Below are positions 1 to 12,055 of a stretch of DNA of 62,045 nt, in pieces. The position numbers and the translations under genes were made by a program. The stretch spans positions 68,428,017 to 68,490,061 of the forward strand of contig NC_068985.1 of the NCBI RefSeq assembly GCF_001194135.2, written 5' to 3'. Source of the stretch: Octopus bimaculoides (Eukaryota). The notes beneath the pieces are model-generated. The model did not search any database. It was not told where the DNA came from and saw only the letters and a list, made by a program, of their open reading frames with translations. Within the stretch, counting starts at the first letter, position 1. Every line of letters begins with the position of its first letter.

Positions 1-493
1 AAGACGAAGGTGAGAGTAGAAAGGGAAGTCTTGTCTAGTGAATGCTTCAAAAAAAGATGGGTGAATGTAGCAAGGATGGCACGTGTGAATGACGGAGCCA
101 CCTTGAGCATAACACTATAAAGGAGTAAAAAAAAAATCCAGACAAAAAACAAAAAGGCAAAAGAGAGTCACTTACTGTTATAGTTTCTGCAATGACAATA
201 TTCACTAAGGTTACCGTGATCTTTTCCGTAGGCTTTTCTTTCCACGGCTAAACCTAAACTGTCCTCCCCTCTTTTTACACGAGAACATTACTGTGATACA
301 CGATCCCTATTGATCGCTTTTTTTTTCTCTCGCTCCCTTTTGATCGAACTCCCCCTTTTTTCCTTCCTACGATCCCTTTTGATCGACACCCACCCCTACT
401 TTTTTTTTCTCTTCCTTCCTCCTGCTAAAAAGAAAAGCTCTACATTGTATTCGTCCCATCTTTGTTGAGCCCTGTGTGGCTAATATAAGAAAT
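1..493 (+). mobile_element. 3' end of an L1/Tx1-like non-LTR retrotransposon (ORF2 C-terminus plus 3' UTR)
   Basis: Frame 1 reads KTKVRVEREVLSSECFKKRWVNVARMARVNDGATLSITL* (stop at 118-120), resembling the Tx1/L1 ORF2 C-terminal 'F..RW' segment. A pyrimidine-rich UTR follows and ends ...gccctgtgtggctaatataagaaat before a microsatellite. Clade assignment is from recalled similarity. Confidence 0.5.
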
Positions 494-695
494 GTATCTA
501 TCTATATACACACACTCACACATAAATGTAAGATCCAAGGATCAAAGGTGTAGGAAAAAGGTGAGCTTCAAGCAATACGTAGGAAATATAAAAACAACTT
601 TCAGGAACAATAGTGGTTTATTGGGACAGGTTGTGGAATTATTCTTATCGGTGTACAATAAACCGAAAAAAAATTCTTTTATATTTCACGATATA

Positions 696-965
696 CGAGA
701 GTTAAGAAATGAAGCAGATAAGATCCTGTCTACATATGTTTCAAAGCGAGCGGAACTTCAGTTATGTTGATTAAATGAAGTTTACATTATCGTAATGAGG
801 TACATATTAATACATTACAATGTAAACTTCATTTAATCAAAATACTCTAAGCCTAAAGAAAAGCCTATGGTACACACCTCGTTTGGATATTCACCACCTC
901 TAAGGCTCCGCTCGCTATCAAATATATGTAGACCGGATTTTATTTGCTCCATTGCACAACTTTCG
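696..965. mobile_element. MITE with ~65-bp imperfect TIRs and TA target-site duplication (Tc1/mariner-type)
   Basis: Left cgagagttaagaaatgaagcagataagatcctgtctacatatgtttcaaagcgagcggaactt is the imperfect reverse complement of right aaggctccgctcgctatcaaatatatgtagaccggattttatttgctccattgcacaactttcg. TA at 694-695 and 966-967. Internal perfect 22-bp hairpin at 767-840. Confidence 0.7.
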
Positions 966-974
966 TATATAAAT

Positions 975-1200
975 GTGTCTGCGACTGGTTGGTAAGAAGC
1001 TTGCTACCCAAACACATGGCTCCGGGTTCAGTCCCACTACATGGCAATTTGGGCAAGTGTCTTCTAATATAGCCACGGACCAACCAAAGCCTTGTGAGTG
1101 GATTTGGTAGACTGAAACTGGTAGAGGAAACTGAAAGAGCATATATATATGTATATACAAATACATACATACAATTACATATATACAATACATATATACA

Positions 1201-1261
<61 letters not shown>

Positions 1262-1483
1262 CGCGTGTGTACGTGTGTGTGTGCGTGTGTGTGTGTGTAT
1301 TTGTATATGTTTGTATGTGCGTTTGTCCCGCAACATCGCTTGACAACCGATTGTGGTGTGTTTATGTCTCCATAAATNNNNNNNNNNNNNNNNNNNNNNN
1401 NNNNNNNNNNNNNNNNNNNNNNNNNNNNGGTGCTCCAGCATGGCCGCAGCCATACTGACTGAAACAAGTGAAAGAATAAAAGA
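975..1483 (+). mobile_element. tRNA-derived SINE, family 'A' (head + internal microsatellite + tail)
   Basis: Head ggtaagaagcttgct...ccgggttcagtcccact with a B-box-like motif, gggcaagtgtcttct core, internal (TA)n/(TG)n, tail ggtgctccagcatggccgcag...ctgaaacaagtgaaagaataaaaga. The same blocks recur at 22983, 30165, 41478 and 47168. Confidence 0.85.
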
Positions 1484-1505
1484 ATACGTAGACAAACACA
1501 CATAT

Positions 1506-1708
1506 ACTCTTTTACTCTTTACTCTTTTACTCGTTTCAATCATTTGACTGCGGCCATGCTGGAGCACCACCTTTAGTCGAGAAAATCGACCCCAGGACTT
1601 ATTCTTTGTAAGTCTGGTACTTATTCTATCGGTCTCTTTTGCCGAACCGGTAAGTTAAGGGGTCGTAAACATACCATCATCGGTTGTAACGCGATGTTGG
1701 GGGGACAA
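1506..1708 (-). mobile_element. SINE family A, 3' half
   Basis: tttgactgcggccatgctggagcacc...ttattctatcggtctcttttgccgaacc is the reverse complement of the tail at 22983-23180. Confidence 0.85.
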
Positions 1709-1728
1709 GCACAGACATACAAACACAC

Positions 1729-1760
<32 letters not shown>

Positions 1761-1838
1761 AAACGGATATACGTGCGTGTATGTATATATATATATATAT
1801 ACATACATACACACATACATACATACGTACATACATAC

Positions 1839-1892
<54 letters not shown>

Positions 1893-1920
1893 TTATATAT
1901 GTATATATATATATATATTA

Positions 1921-2228
1921 CACTCTGGTGGTTACAACGAAAATGGTTCAATTGATCCGATTAACGCAACGGTCTCCATGGGTAATTAGCTTGTAAGCGG
2001 CTGAGCACTCCGCAGACGCTTACTCTTAACATTGTTCTCTGGTGGATTCAGCGTGAATGTGCTAACGCTCGTTCACTGAGTTACAGGTACAACTCGTCTT
2101 TACCAGCTGAGAGGACTGGGGCAACCAGAAATAAAATGTGTGGCTGATGGGAAGAATGAGCCACAGGGAATTGAACTCACATCCTAAAGAGGGTGAGCTC
2201 AATACCTTAGCTAGTAAACCACGCGTCT
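1921..2228 (-). mobile_element. tRNA-derived SINE, family 'B' (diverged)
   Basis: Its reverse complement tcacgctgaat...gtctgcggagtgctcagcc...gttaatcggatcaattgaacc aligns to the 3' part of 43529-43902. Head has B-box-like gagttcaattcc. Confidence 0.7.
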
Positions 2229-2235
2229 TCTGTGT

Positions 2236-2276
<41 letters not shown>

Positions 2277-2776
2277 TGTATGTATGCATGTTTGTGTGTG
2301 TGTGAGTGTGTGTGCGCCTGTTCATTATGAACCATATAGATACACAATATTCATATACATTGCATATGAATATTGTATTAGGTCACATATTTCTCTGGAG
2401 GAAATTGAAATATCAGATTCACATAACACATATTCTCCCACGGTAAACATCACTAGATGCTTGTGTGCTTAAATTAAATATACATACTATTTCTGATATA
2501 ATTATGTAGCCGGTCACCAGTTCCAATGCGTTTCCGGAGATTTTTTTTTTTATTTCCTTATCACTGGTCGTTGTTGATATAATCTTAGAACATTTTGTCC
2601 CCTACCAGGTTTAAATATGCGTTATCAATATATACCTACAAGCATACATATATACATACATACATACATACATAGACACACACATACATAAACATATGTA
2701 TAAATATGTGTTTATGCGTGTGTGAGTGTGTATGTTTACACACACACACACATGCGGATGTTTGTGTGTTGATATA

Positions 2777-3911
2777 TTGGGTTGGCAACTAAGTTCCGGC
2801 CGTTTTTTTAAATTTTGGTATTTATTGCGTTTTTAAATTTTGGTATTTATTGCGTTTTTAAATTTTGGAATCTATTATTTTCGAGAATTCTATTTTTGAA
2901 TCATTTTGGAATCTATTTTGTTTCTTTTTTTCTAGTTAATTTTAATTAATTTTTGTTGATTTTCAGATTTTGACCTCAAAGACGCATCTCGTTCTGGCCA
3001 CGCATTTGTGTTCGATGAAGAGCGATTAAACCAACTTTTGCACGAAAATTCTCGTCAAACAACAAGGGAACTGACAGTAAATGGAATGCTCCCACACTGC
3101 TATAGAGAAGCATCTTCACTTGATGGGGAAGGTTCAGAAGTATGGAGCATGGGATCTGCATGCTTTAAGTGACGACAGCAAAAATCAACGAGCCACAATC
3201 TCGCTGGTTTGCTTGCTCGTCACCGCTTAACTCATCTACAGAAGCAACGATTTCTTAACCGAATCGTTACTGGTGACGAAAAATGGTGTTTGTACATCAA
3301 TATGAAGCAGCGTAAGGAATGGCTTAACCTCGGTAAACTAGCGACACCGCGCGTGAAACAAGATCTTCATCCACGTGAAACGATGCCTTGCGTATGGCGG
3401 GACTGGTTGGGGATTATCCATTACGAATTGCTTGAACAGAACCAAACGGTCAACGCGGAACTCTATGTTCAACAGATGGAACGACTCAACACAGCTATTG
3501 AAGAGAAAAGAGCTAATTGGCAGCATGGAGTTCTGCTGCATGACAACGCCCGCTTTCATATCGCCTATATGAGCTAAAAAGCCACTCAAACGCAGGGCTG
3601 GAAAATGCTGCCACACCCGCTGTACTCTCCAGATTTGGCACTAACGGTTTTCACCTCTTTTGATCTTTTTCAAATGCTGTGCGAGGAGTTTCGTTCAATA
3701 TTGAAAGAGAATTGAGAGCTTGGTTGGATCAATTTTTCGAGCGAAAATCGGGTGATTTCTACCAACGAGGTACTGAAAATCTTGTTGAACGTTGGGAAGT
3801 TGTAAACAACAAGGGTGAATACATTATTGGTTAATTAGTTGCTATTTTTCATTAAACAGTTTTAAAAATTTAAATTTAAAAAAAACGGCAGGAGTTTAGT
3901 TGCCAACCCAA
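2777..3911 (+). mobile_element. Mariner DNA transposon, internally deleted, transposase pseudogene (DD34D type)
   Basis: TIRs ttgggttggcaactaagttccggccgtttttt and aaaaaacggcaggagtttagttgccaacccaa, with TA flanks at 2775-76 and 3912-13. Motifs WDLHAL (WVPHEL-like), RIVTGDEKW, LHDNAR, HPLYSPDLA. Stop at 3575-77; N-terminal HTH region absent. Confidence 0.95.
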
Positions 3912-4021
3912 TACATACTCATGATTATGAATGTTTATATACATACTTAATATGAATATCTACGTATATATAAGTTGGTAATTCACACACACACACACAC
4001 ACACCAGCATGTATATATGTA

Positions 4022-4205
4022 TTGTTTAACGTTAGTTTTCAATGCTGGTTTGGGCTGATTTTATATGTTTGGAGCCGCAAGGCTGCTTCGAACATCACTA
4101 TCAGCGTCTTATCATTTCTTTGATAGGAGGCCCTTTCTGACGCCAATCAGTTTACTTAGTGCATTGAATGCCTTTTCTGGTCACTAGCACTAGTGTAATC
4201 ACTAA
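4022..4205 (-). repeat. Degraded interspersed repeat (RTE-associated SINE-like)
   Basis: tttaacgttagttttcaatgctgg...gaggccctttctgacgccaatc resembles a common RTE-linked repeat motif (gatgcccttcctgacgccaacc). Recognised from memory only. Confidence 0.3.
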
Positions 4206-5132
4206 GTTGCATGTCAAAGATACAAAAAGGAAAAATCCCTACGTAACTGAATGGAGTGTATTTGAAAGAAGGATAGGTAGTTTTATGCCAGGTGTTGAAA
4301 GGCTAAACGTGAAAGAGAGACAAGCACGTAAACATCTTGCTATTGAGGAGATATATATATATTGGTGACAAGGCACCAGTATCTATTCTCAAGCCACTTG
4401 AAAATAGACACTGTTGAAAATAGACGATCTCAGGAGGAAAAAGTAAGTTCATAATAATATTATGGGAGTTAGGGGACATGTAGCTAGGGATGGTACGGAG
4501 GTGAATGCAAAGAATGATAAACAAATGTTGAGATATGATTGTTGGTAAATCTCAGTAGGGAAGGGTGGGGTGAAAGAGACGGGAACAGCAGTGCAGAAAG
4601 GGTAGAGAGGACAGTATCGGGATGTACAAATTGCAAAAATAGTGTAGAGAGAGATGTACATTAAAAGAGGAATAGATGAAAATGTGTGGCTTACATGCTG
4701 TTTACTCTTCAATGAAATCTTATTTGAAAAGATCTTACTATTATCACTAAGTCTTTTTAATATGATTATAGTAGTGTTCTCTACTGAAAATTATTAGATT
4801 TCCGAAATTTTATGATGATAATCTTAGTAAGTACGTACAAATCGGAACCAAACTAACATACCACGTAATACATAATACTGACGAGGAATACTTTATCATT
4901 GCTTAATAGATACATCCGAAGTAAACATGATGTTCACACTAGAAAGAGAGAGAAAGAGAGAGAGAGAGACAGAGAGAGAGAAGGGGGATTGTAATACAAC
5001 GTAATTTAGAAGTTATATATTAACGAAAGAATTAAAAAGAAACGGCAGTACTTTGTTGGATTCGTCGCTTCTCGATATCTTACAAGCGACAAACTAAACT
5101 AAATAGACGGATACTATATCTGTCTATCTATT

Positions 5133-5173
<41 letters not shown>

Positions 5174-7576
5174 NNNNNNNNNNNNNNNNNNNNNNNNNNN
5201 NNNNNNNNNNNNNNNNNNNNNNNNNNNNNNNNNNNNNNNNNNNNNNNNNNNNNNNNNNNNNNNNNNNNNNNNNNNNNNNNNNNNNNNNNNNNNNNNNNNN
5301 NNNNNNNNNNNNNNNNNNNNNNNNNNNNNNNNNNNNNNNNNNNNNNNNNNNNNNNNNNNNNNNNNNNNNNNNNNNNNNNNNNNNNNNNNNNNNNNNNNNN
5401 NNNNNNNNNNNNNNNNNNNNNNNNNNNNNNNNNNNNNNNNNNNNNNNNNNNNNNNNNNNNNNNNNNNNNNNNNNNNNNNNNNNNNNNNNNNNNNNNNNNN
5501 NNNNNNNNNNNNNNNNNNNNNNNNNNNNNNNNNNNNNNNNNNNNNNNNNNNNNNNNNNNNNNNNNNNNNNNNNNNNNNNNNNNNNNNNNNNNNNNNNNNN
5601 NNNNNNNNNNNNNNNNNNNNNNNNNNNNNNNNNNNNNNNNNNNNNNNNNNNNNNNNNNNNNNNNNNNNNNNNNNNNNNNNNNNNNNNNNNNNNNNNNNNN
5701 NNNNNNNNNNNNNNNNNNNNNNNNNNNNNNNNNNNNNNNNNNNNNNNNNNNNNNNNNNNNNNNNNNNNNNNNNNNNNNNNNNNNNNNNNNNNNNNNNNNN
5801 NNNNNNNNNNNNNNNNNNNNNNNNNNNNNNNNNNNNNNNNNNNNNNNNNNNNNNNNNNNNNNNNNNNNNNNNNNNNNNNNNNNNNNNNNNNNNNNNNNNN
5901 NNNNNNNNNNNNNNNNNNNNNNNNNNNNNNNNNNNNNNNNNNNNNNNNNNNNNNNNNNNNNNNNNNNNNNNNNNNNNNNNNNNNNNNNNNNNNNNNNNNN
6001 NNNNNNNNNNNNNNNNNNNNNNNNNNNNNNNNNNNNNNNNNNNNNNNNNNNNNNNNNNNNNNNNNNNNNNNNNNNNNNNNNNNNNNNNNNNNNNNNNNNN
6101 NNNNNNNNNNNNNNNNNNNNNNNNNATATATATATATATATATATACATACATACTTCCACGCACGCACGCACATATTTATAGGCATTAAAGTAGTTAGC
6201 AGTAGGACACGGTATCGTTTGATGCCGTTAGTTTGGCTATTGGATTCTCGTTGTATATCTCTGTTACAGAGGCAACAATTGAGCGGACAAAATATTGTTG
6301 ACTGTGGACCGCGTTAAATTTAATTGTTAAAAAGTAGTCCTGAATAATTTTTACCACGTGACTGCTGTAGGTGCTGAATAAAAACCGCTTAAACTCATGG
6401 TAAAATAATTTGTTGCTTTATTTGCGACTTGGTGTTATCTCCCCATTCCATTTTTGAATGTTATCTGAGTGATGAGACATGCATTTTAAATCTTGTGAAA
6501 CAAAGTTTAAGACACAAGTGAATCACAAATGTCTTACTTATAACCATTATCTCTATGCAATACATTGGCTGCTCGTTTCTGTCGTCCGTTTGTGTAGACA
6601 CACCAGCACATACATATATATAGAAAGAAGGATGTGTTTACGCGCGAGCGCACGCGTGTGTGTATGTATACATGTGTCCACGCGCACGTTGCTATGTACA
6701 TATATCTACATAAATTTCTCTATATTCGTCTGTAACGAAGCAGAACCAACTTGTATTGTTAAATTTACCTTCATTTTCTTTATTCTCTTCCAGGCTTCCA
6801 CCCATTCGAACAATCAACATTAAAACCATCGGCAACAACAACGATAGCATATACAATAACAAGAACAATACTTTAACGGCACCAGTATTGTACCGCTATC
6901 GCTAACATCATTATAATCAAAAACACCACAGCTCCGTCATCATCTCCTGAAATGAACACCACAACTGTAACGCCACCACCCTCACGAAAAGTACGACATT
7001 ACGCCGCCATTATGCGTTGCCATTGTGTGTTATTATATTTCTCTATTCAGCAGTCTTTTGATTCTTCACCCACCCACTATACTTATATTCTTCTAATGGT
7101 AATTACGAAGGCAAAATTGAGGAATTTTTCTTATTTTTGCTACGCTTCACTTGCTGAAATCTAATGATGCTACAGAGGCTGGAAGTAACCAAAAAGAACA
7201 TTTATTAGTTACGCCTCACATATGGATTGAAATATTTCCTCTTTCTCTCATACGACATTCGGAAGCCTGCAGAAATATAAAGAGAAAGAACGAGACTGAG
7301 TGACATACATGAACAAAATAAAAGGAAAGAGAGAAAAGGAGAAAGGGAGGGGGGACAGAGAGAGTAATAGAGAGAAAGAAAAAGAGAAATGTATATAATT
7401 TGAATTGAAAAAACGATGAGGTGCATTATACAAATATACGCGTAAGTATGAACATAAATGTGTATGTGTAGACAGATGGAAAAACAGAAGGGAAAAATTT
7501 ATATATGTGCATTAGTAAAACGGTGTGATAGACTAACATACGCGATACAAAGTAAAGAATGAATTAGGGATTGCCA

Positions 7577-7653
<77 letters not shown>

Positions 7654-7859
7654 AGAGAGAGAGAGACTGAGAGAGAGGTGAGGAAGGAAAGAGATATTAT
7701 AAAACTTTAAATAGTAAGCTGCATGAAAAGAAACAGTGGTAAGATTGGAGGGGGATTTATAATGGAGACAATAGCAATGAAACCTCGTTCTACACTATTC
7801 TGTTTCTTTCATTCTGTACGTTTTATTACGATTCGTACTGCTATCCACTTAAAACTTAA

Positions 7860-7919
<60 letters not shown>

Positions 7920-8189
7920 TGTCTATCTCTTTCTATTTGTATGTGTATATGCATGTATGTATGTATGTATGTACGTACGAATGTATGTATCCATATGAGC
8001 GCGTACCGATTATTGTTATCATTTAAAGATGTTAAAGACAGACTCTTTTTTTTATATCAAAATCGTTGATAACAATATTCCGAATTATATAAATAGATAT
8101 ACAAACACGAACTCACGCATCCACACATCCACACACAGATATGTAGACATACATATGTGTGGTGTCTACGTGTGTAAGCCAGCGTAGAT

Positions 8190-8335
8190 AAAAGATTCAT
8201 TATCTTTCATCTTTCGACCGCCTTGAAATATTTAGTTAAATAAATCAATCCCGATATGTCTTCTATCGCTTCATTTTTGCCGAACTGTTACGTTACGGTG
8301 ACGTAGTAAACCAACACTCTTGCCAAGCAGTGATA
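8190..8335 (-). mobile_element. Degraded SINE family A tail
   Basis: ttctatcgcttcatttttgccgaactgttacgttacggtgacgtag aligns to ttctatcggtctcttttgccgaaccggtaagttaaggggtcgtaa at 1625-1670. Confidence 0.6.
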
Positions 8336-8387
8336 AAGCTCAAAGACAAAGACACACACACACGCACACACACAGACACAGACACAG

Positions 8388-8420
<33 letters not shown>

Positions 8421-9725
8421 CACAGAGACACAGACACACAAACACTCTCTCTCTCTCTCTCTTTCTCACATACATATATATGCATATATATATACATATG
8501 TATGCATATGTGTATATNNNNNNNNNNNNNNNNNNNNNNNNNNNNNNNNNNNNNNNNNNNNNNNNNNNNNNNNNNNNNNNNNNNNNNNNNNNNNNNNNNN
8601 NNNNNNNNNNNNNNNNNNNNNNNNNNNNNNNNNNNNNNNNNNNNNNNNNNNNNNNNNNNNNNNNNNNNNNNNNNNNNNNGAAAGAGAGAGCGTGAGAGGC
8701 AGAGAAACGAACAAATATACATGTTTTTATATATATATTCCCGCTTCTGTCAAGCGCATTTACGTTCAGAACAGGTCTCCATTTCTTTGCTAATGACATT
8801 GCTGAAGCATGATCCAGACAAATGGATGATGTCGACATCATCGAATAAAACACGTCGTAACCGCAACGGAACATAAAGCCACCACTTTCCAAAGACGATA
8901 AAATAATATCCATTTTGCAAATGATCGCAAAAAAAAAAAAAATAGTGCACCAGTATGGCCACAGTCCAATGACTAAAGCAAATGCAACAATAAAAGCATA
9001 GTTATATAGTGTTTCTGTCTATATCCGTTTATATATTTTTTTCCATTCTCTCTCACACTCTCTCAAGATCTCTCGGTCTCAGGCTGCTTTTTCATTATTA
9101 ACACCACAATCAATCATTTGGGCATATTTGCTTATTTATCAATATTCATACGTGCATGTACGTGAGTATGTAGGTAAGTATGTGTGCGCAACACACACAC
9201 ACACACACGTACGCATGTATATATAAATGCTTATACACACACATAAACACACACACACGCGCACACACATATGTGTGCATATATCTGTGTGCGCGTAAGT
9301 GTGTGTGCGTGTTTGAGCGATAATCACAATGGTTAGTCAGCCTGGCATCAAAGGATACACATTATAAATACAAAAGAACTTTTCTCTTGCGTCTCTAAAA
9401 TCACCATCGCCGTATCCGTATCATCTTACACTTGTCTAAAAATGCAATGCTTCATTATACACCAGAGTATATCCTAATGACCACAATCTCGGCTCATTGA
9501 TGTGCCTCATCTTTGTATAATAGTTATTTCATCTATATGCTACCGATATAACGTGTTCATAGAGTTCAAAGAACGGCTACCACTGTACAGTGAACATAGG
9601 TTTGGAGTGAGACGTGTAGTCTCCTTTTATTTTGTGCAATTTCGTAGGTATCCATTTAAAGGTTCAAGTCTGTCACCGGCAAATTTTAGACTCGAATATT
9701 ATTCATTTGTTTATTTATTCTTCTT

Positions 9726-9818
<93 letters not shown>

Positions 9819-9868
9819 GTAATAATAATCATAGTAATGAAACAACAACAACAACAACAACAACAACA
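9726..9868. repeat. Compound trinucleotide microsatellite (TAC)n(TAA)n(CAA)n
   Basis: Directly visible. Confidence 0.95.
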
Positions 9869-10215
9869 AAGATAATAGACATTGCAATACCAGGCGATTC
9901 GAGGTTGAAATGCAAGGACAAAGAAAAAAATGCGAAATACCAGCCACTGCGGGACGAAATAGGAAAGTTATGAGGTTTGAGGAAAGTAATGGCGATATCG
10001 GTGGTAATTAGATCATTAGGAGCAGTTTCCAAGGGCTTTGAAAAACATATTAAGAATATTAGAGCTGCTGTTAGGCTCGAGGTGATGCAGGAGACAGTAT
10101 GTTGGGTACAGCTCACATTCTAAGGAAAGTACGATCTCTTTGAGTCACAGGAGAAGGCACTACTTGAAACCTTTGGTGATTTGTCGTTGCCTGCTTTCAA
10201 ATAAAAAATAACAGG
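9869..10215 (+). mobile_element. 5'-truncated R4/Dong-type non-LTR retrotransposon: restriction-like endonuclease C-terminus plus 3' UTR
   Basis: KIIDIAIPGDSRLKCKDKEKNAKYQPLRDEIGKL*GLRKVMAISVVIRSLGAVSKGF...(frameshift)LGTAHILRKV matches the IDIAxP-D...EK..KY..L...I..LW...VIG.LG...LGTA.ILRKV signature of RLE-clade elements. Confidence 0.8.
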
Positions 10216-10316
10216 TAATTAAGAACTATCCCAGGGTCTTTCAGAATGATGATGATGATGATGGTGGTGGTCGTGATGGATGGTGGTGATGATGATAATA
10301 ATAGCTATCATCATCA

Positions 10317-10380
<64 letters not shown>

Positions 10381-10523
10381 CATTATTACTAGGTGGACCC
10401 TTGAAAACTTCACGAAAAATACAAAAAATGTAAGTATCTGCAAATTGTTCGTTGGTGCTATGAGAAATGCTTCTATATTGTAACACTTACAGAATATAGT
10501 TGGTGTACTGCTCGTGGTGTACT

Positions 10524-10607
10524 GCAAATTACCCAGGGAATATATTGTGCTGCTCCATCATACCTGCTGAGATACTCTGTAGGTGCAAGAAGACTGCACA
10601 TGGAAAC

Positions 10608-10610
<3 letters not shown>
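10524..10610 (-). mobile_element. R4/Dong-type LINE fragment, CCHC zinc-knuckle end
   Basis: Minus strand reads VVSMCSLLAPTEYLSRYDGAAQYIPWVIC, matching the (H)IVS.C..LA..EY..RHD.V...IHW.LC motif upstream of RLE domains. Confidence 0.65.
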
Positions 10611-10678
<68 letters not shown>

Positions 10679-11231
10679 TGAGAGAGAGAAAAAAAGAGAG
10701 AGAGAGTGAGAGAGAGAGAGATAATGNNNNNNNNNNNNNNNNNNNNNNNNNNNNNNNNNNNNNNNNNNNNNNNNNNNNNNNNNNNNNNNNNNNNNNNNNN
10801 NNNNNNNNNNNNNNNNNNNNNNNNNNNNNNNNNNNNNNNNNNNNNNNNNNNNNNNNNNNNNNNNNNNNNNNNNNNNNNNNNNNNNNNNNNNNNNNNNNNN
10901 NNNNNNNNNNNNNNNNNNNNNNNNNNNNNNNNNNNNNNNNNNNNNNNNNNNNNNNNNNNNNNNNNNNNNNNNNNNNNNNNNNNNNNNNNNNNNNNNNNNN
11001 NNNNNNNNNNNNNNNNNNNNNNNNNNNNNNNNNNNNNNNNNNNNNNNNNNNNNNNNNNNNNNNNNNNNNNNNNNNNNNNNNNNNNNNNNNNNNNNNNNNN
11101 NNNNNNNNNNNNNNNNNNNNNNNNNNNNNNNNNNNNNNNNNNNNNNNNNNNNNNNNNNNNNNNNNNNNNNNNNNNNNNNNNNNNNNNNNNNNNNNNNNNN
11201 NNNNNNNNNNNNNNNNNNNNNNNNNNNNNNN

Positions 11232-11266
<35 letters not shown>

Positions 11267-11429
11267 ATTTTTGTATGAATATAATAATGAACTGGTTTTA
11301 CTACAGTTAGGCTAGAGCGCATAAGTGTAAATGAGAAAGAATGAAAGAATGGATATTTTGTACCTTTTATGATGTTTGAAACAATATGCTAACATTTCGA
11401 AGATAGAATTTTCGTATTCCGTTTCACCG

Positions 11430-12055
11430 TCCAATTATAAGTTTCGAGAAAAAGATACGTGATTTCAGTGCGAAAACAGCATCCATTCAATCTGTTTTGA
11501 AACATCTTCCTCTACTGAAGAAACGCTAAAAGATATTTGGAAAAAATTACTCCACTTATGCTGTTGCCATGTTTAACTGTGAAGTCATAGAAGAAAGCTT
11601 TCTTCAAAGTGTTTGAACTTTTCTAGAAGAACATTATAGCTGCACATCAGTTTGAAATGTTTGAGACAAAATCTGTAAGTGAAGAAATCGTATGTTTTAG
11701 GCAGTTCTAAGAATATCAAACTCATTGATGAAGAAATGTTATCTGATAAGTAGACAACTGAACTGACCATCGAGGACCTGAAGAAGCTACATAGGGCAGA
11801 GAGTGAATCTTTGCAGCAAGAAGTGAAATTAGATGAAGGGATCTCATAAAAGAAAGAAAATAGGACTATAGTATGAAGAAAGCCGAGGGAAGTATTTTGT
11901 CCATGGAAAGAGTTCATAGGTTTTGAGAGAACATATTTACATCTATAAGAAGATATCAATTCAGTTGTGAACTATTTTCCTAATACGATATTGCAGAAGA
12001 CTTGGACTGTCAAGAAGTATAGATTATGCATTGAAATCTAGATGATTTTTTTCAA
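11430..12055 (+). mobile_element. Degraded pogo/Tigger transposase C-terminal remnant
   Basis: EETLKDIWKK at 11517 (TLREFWK-like), ELTIEDLKKLHRAESESLQQE at 11760 (ELTTEELKELH-like), WKEFIGFERTY, ending ...ctagatgatttttt (LD.FF-like). Many stops and frameshifts. Confidence 0.55.

Noticed and set aside
492-770. 92-aa ORF MYLSIYTHSH...
   Set aside because: It starts in a microsatellite and runs into the MITE at 696; no recognisable domain.
6794-6905. Exon after strong acceptor ttctttattctcttccag
   Set aside because: All frames close in degenerate AAC-rich sequence and there is no convincing donor.
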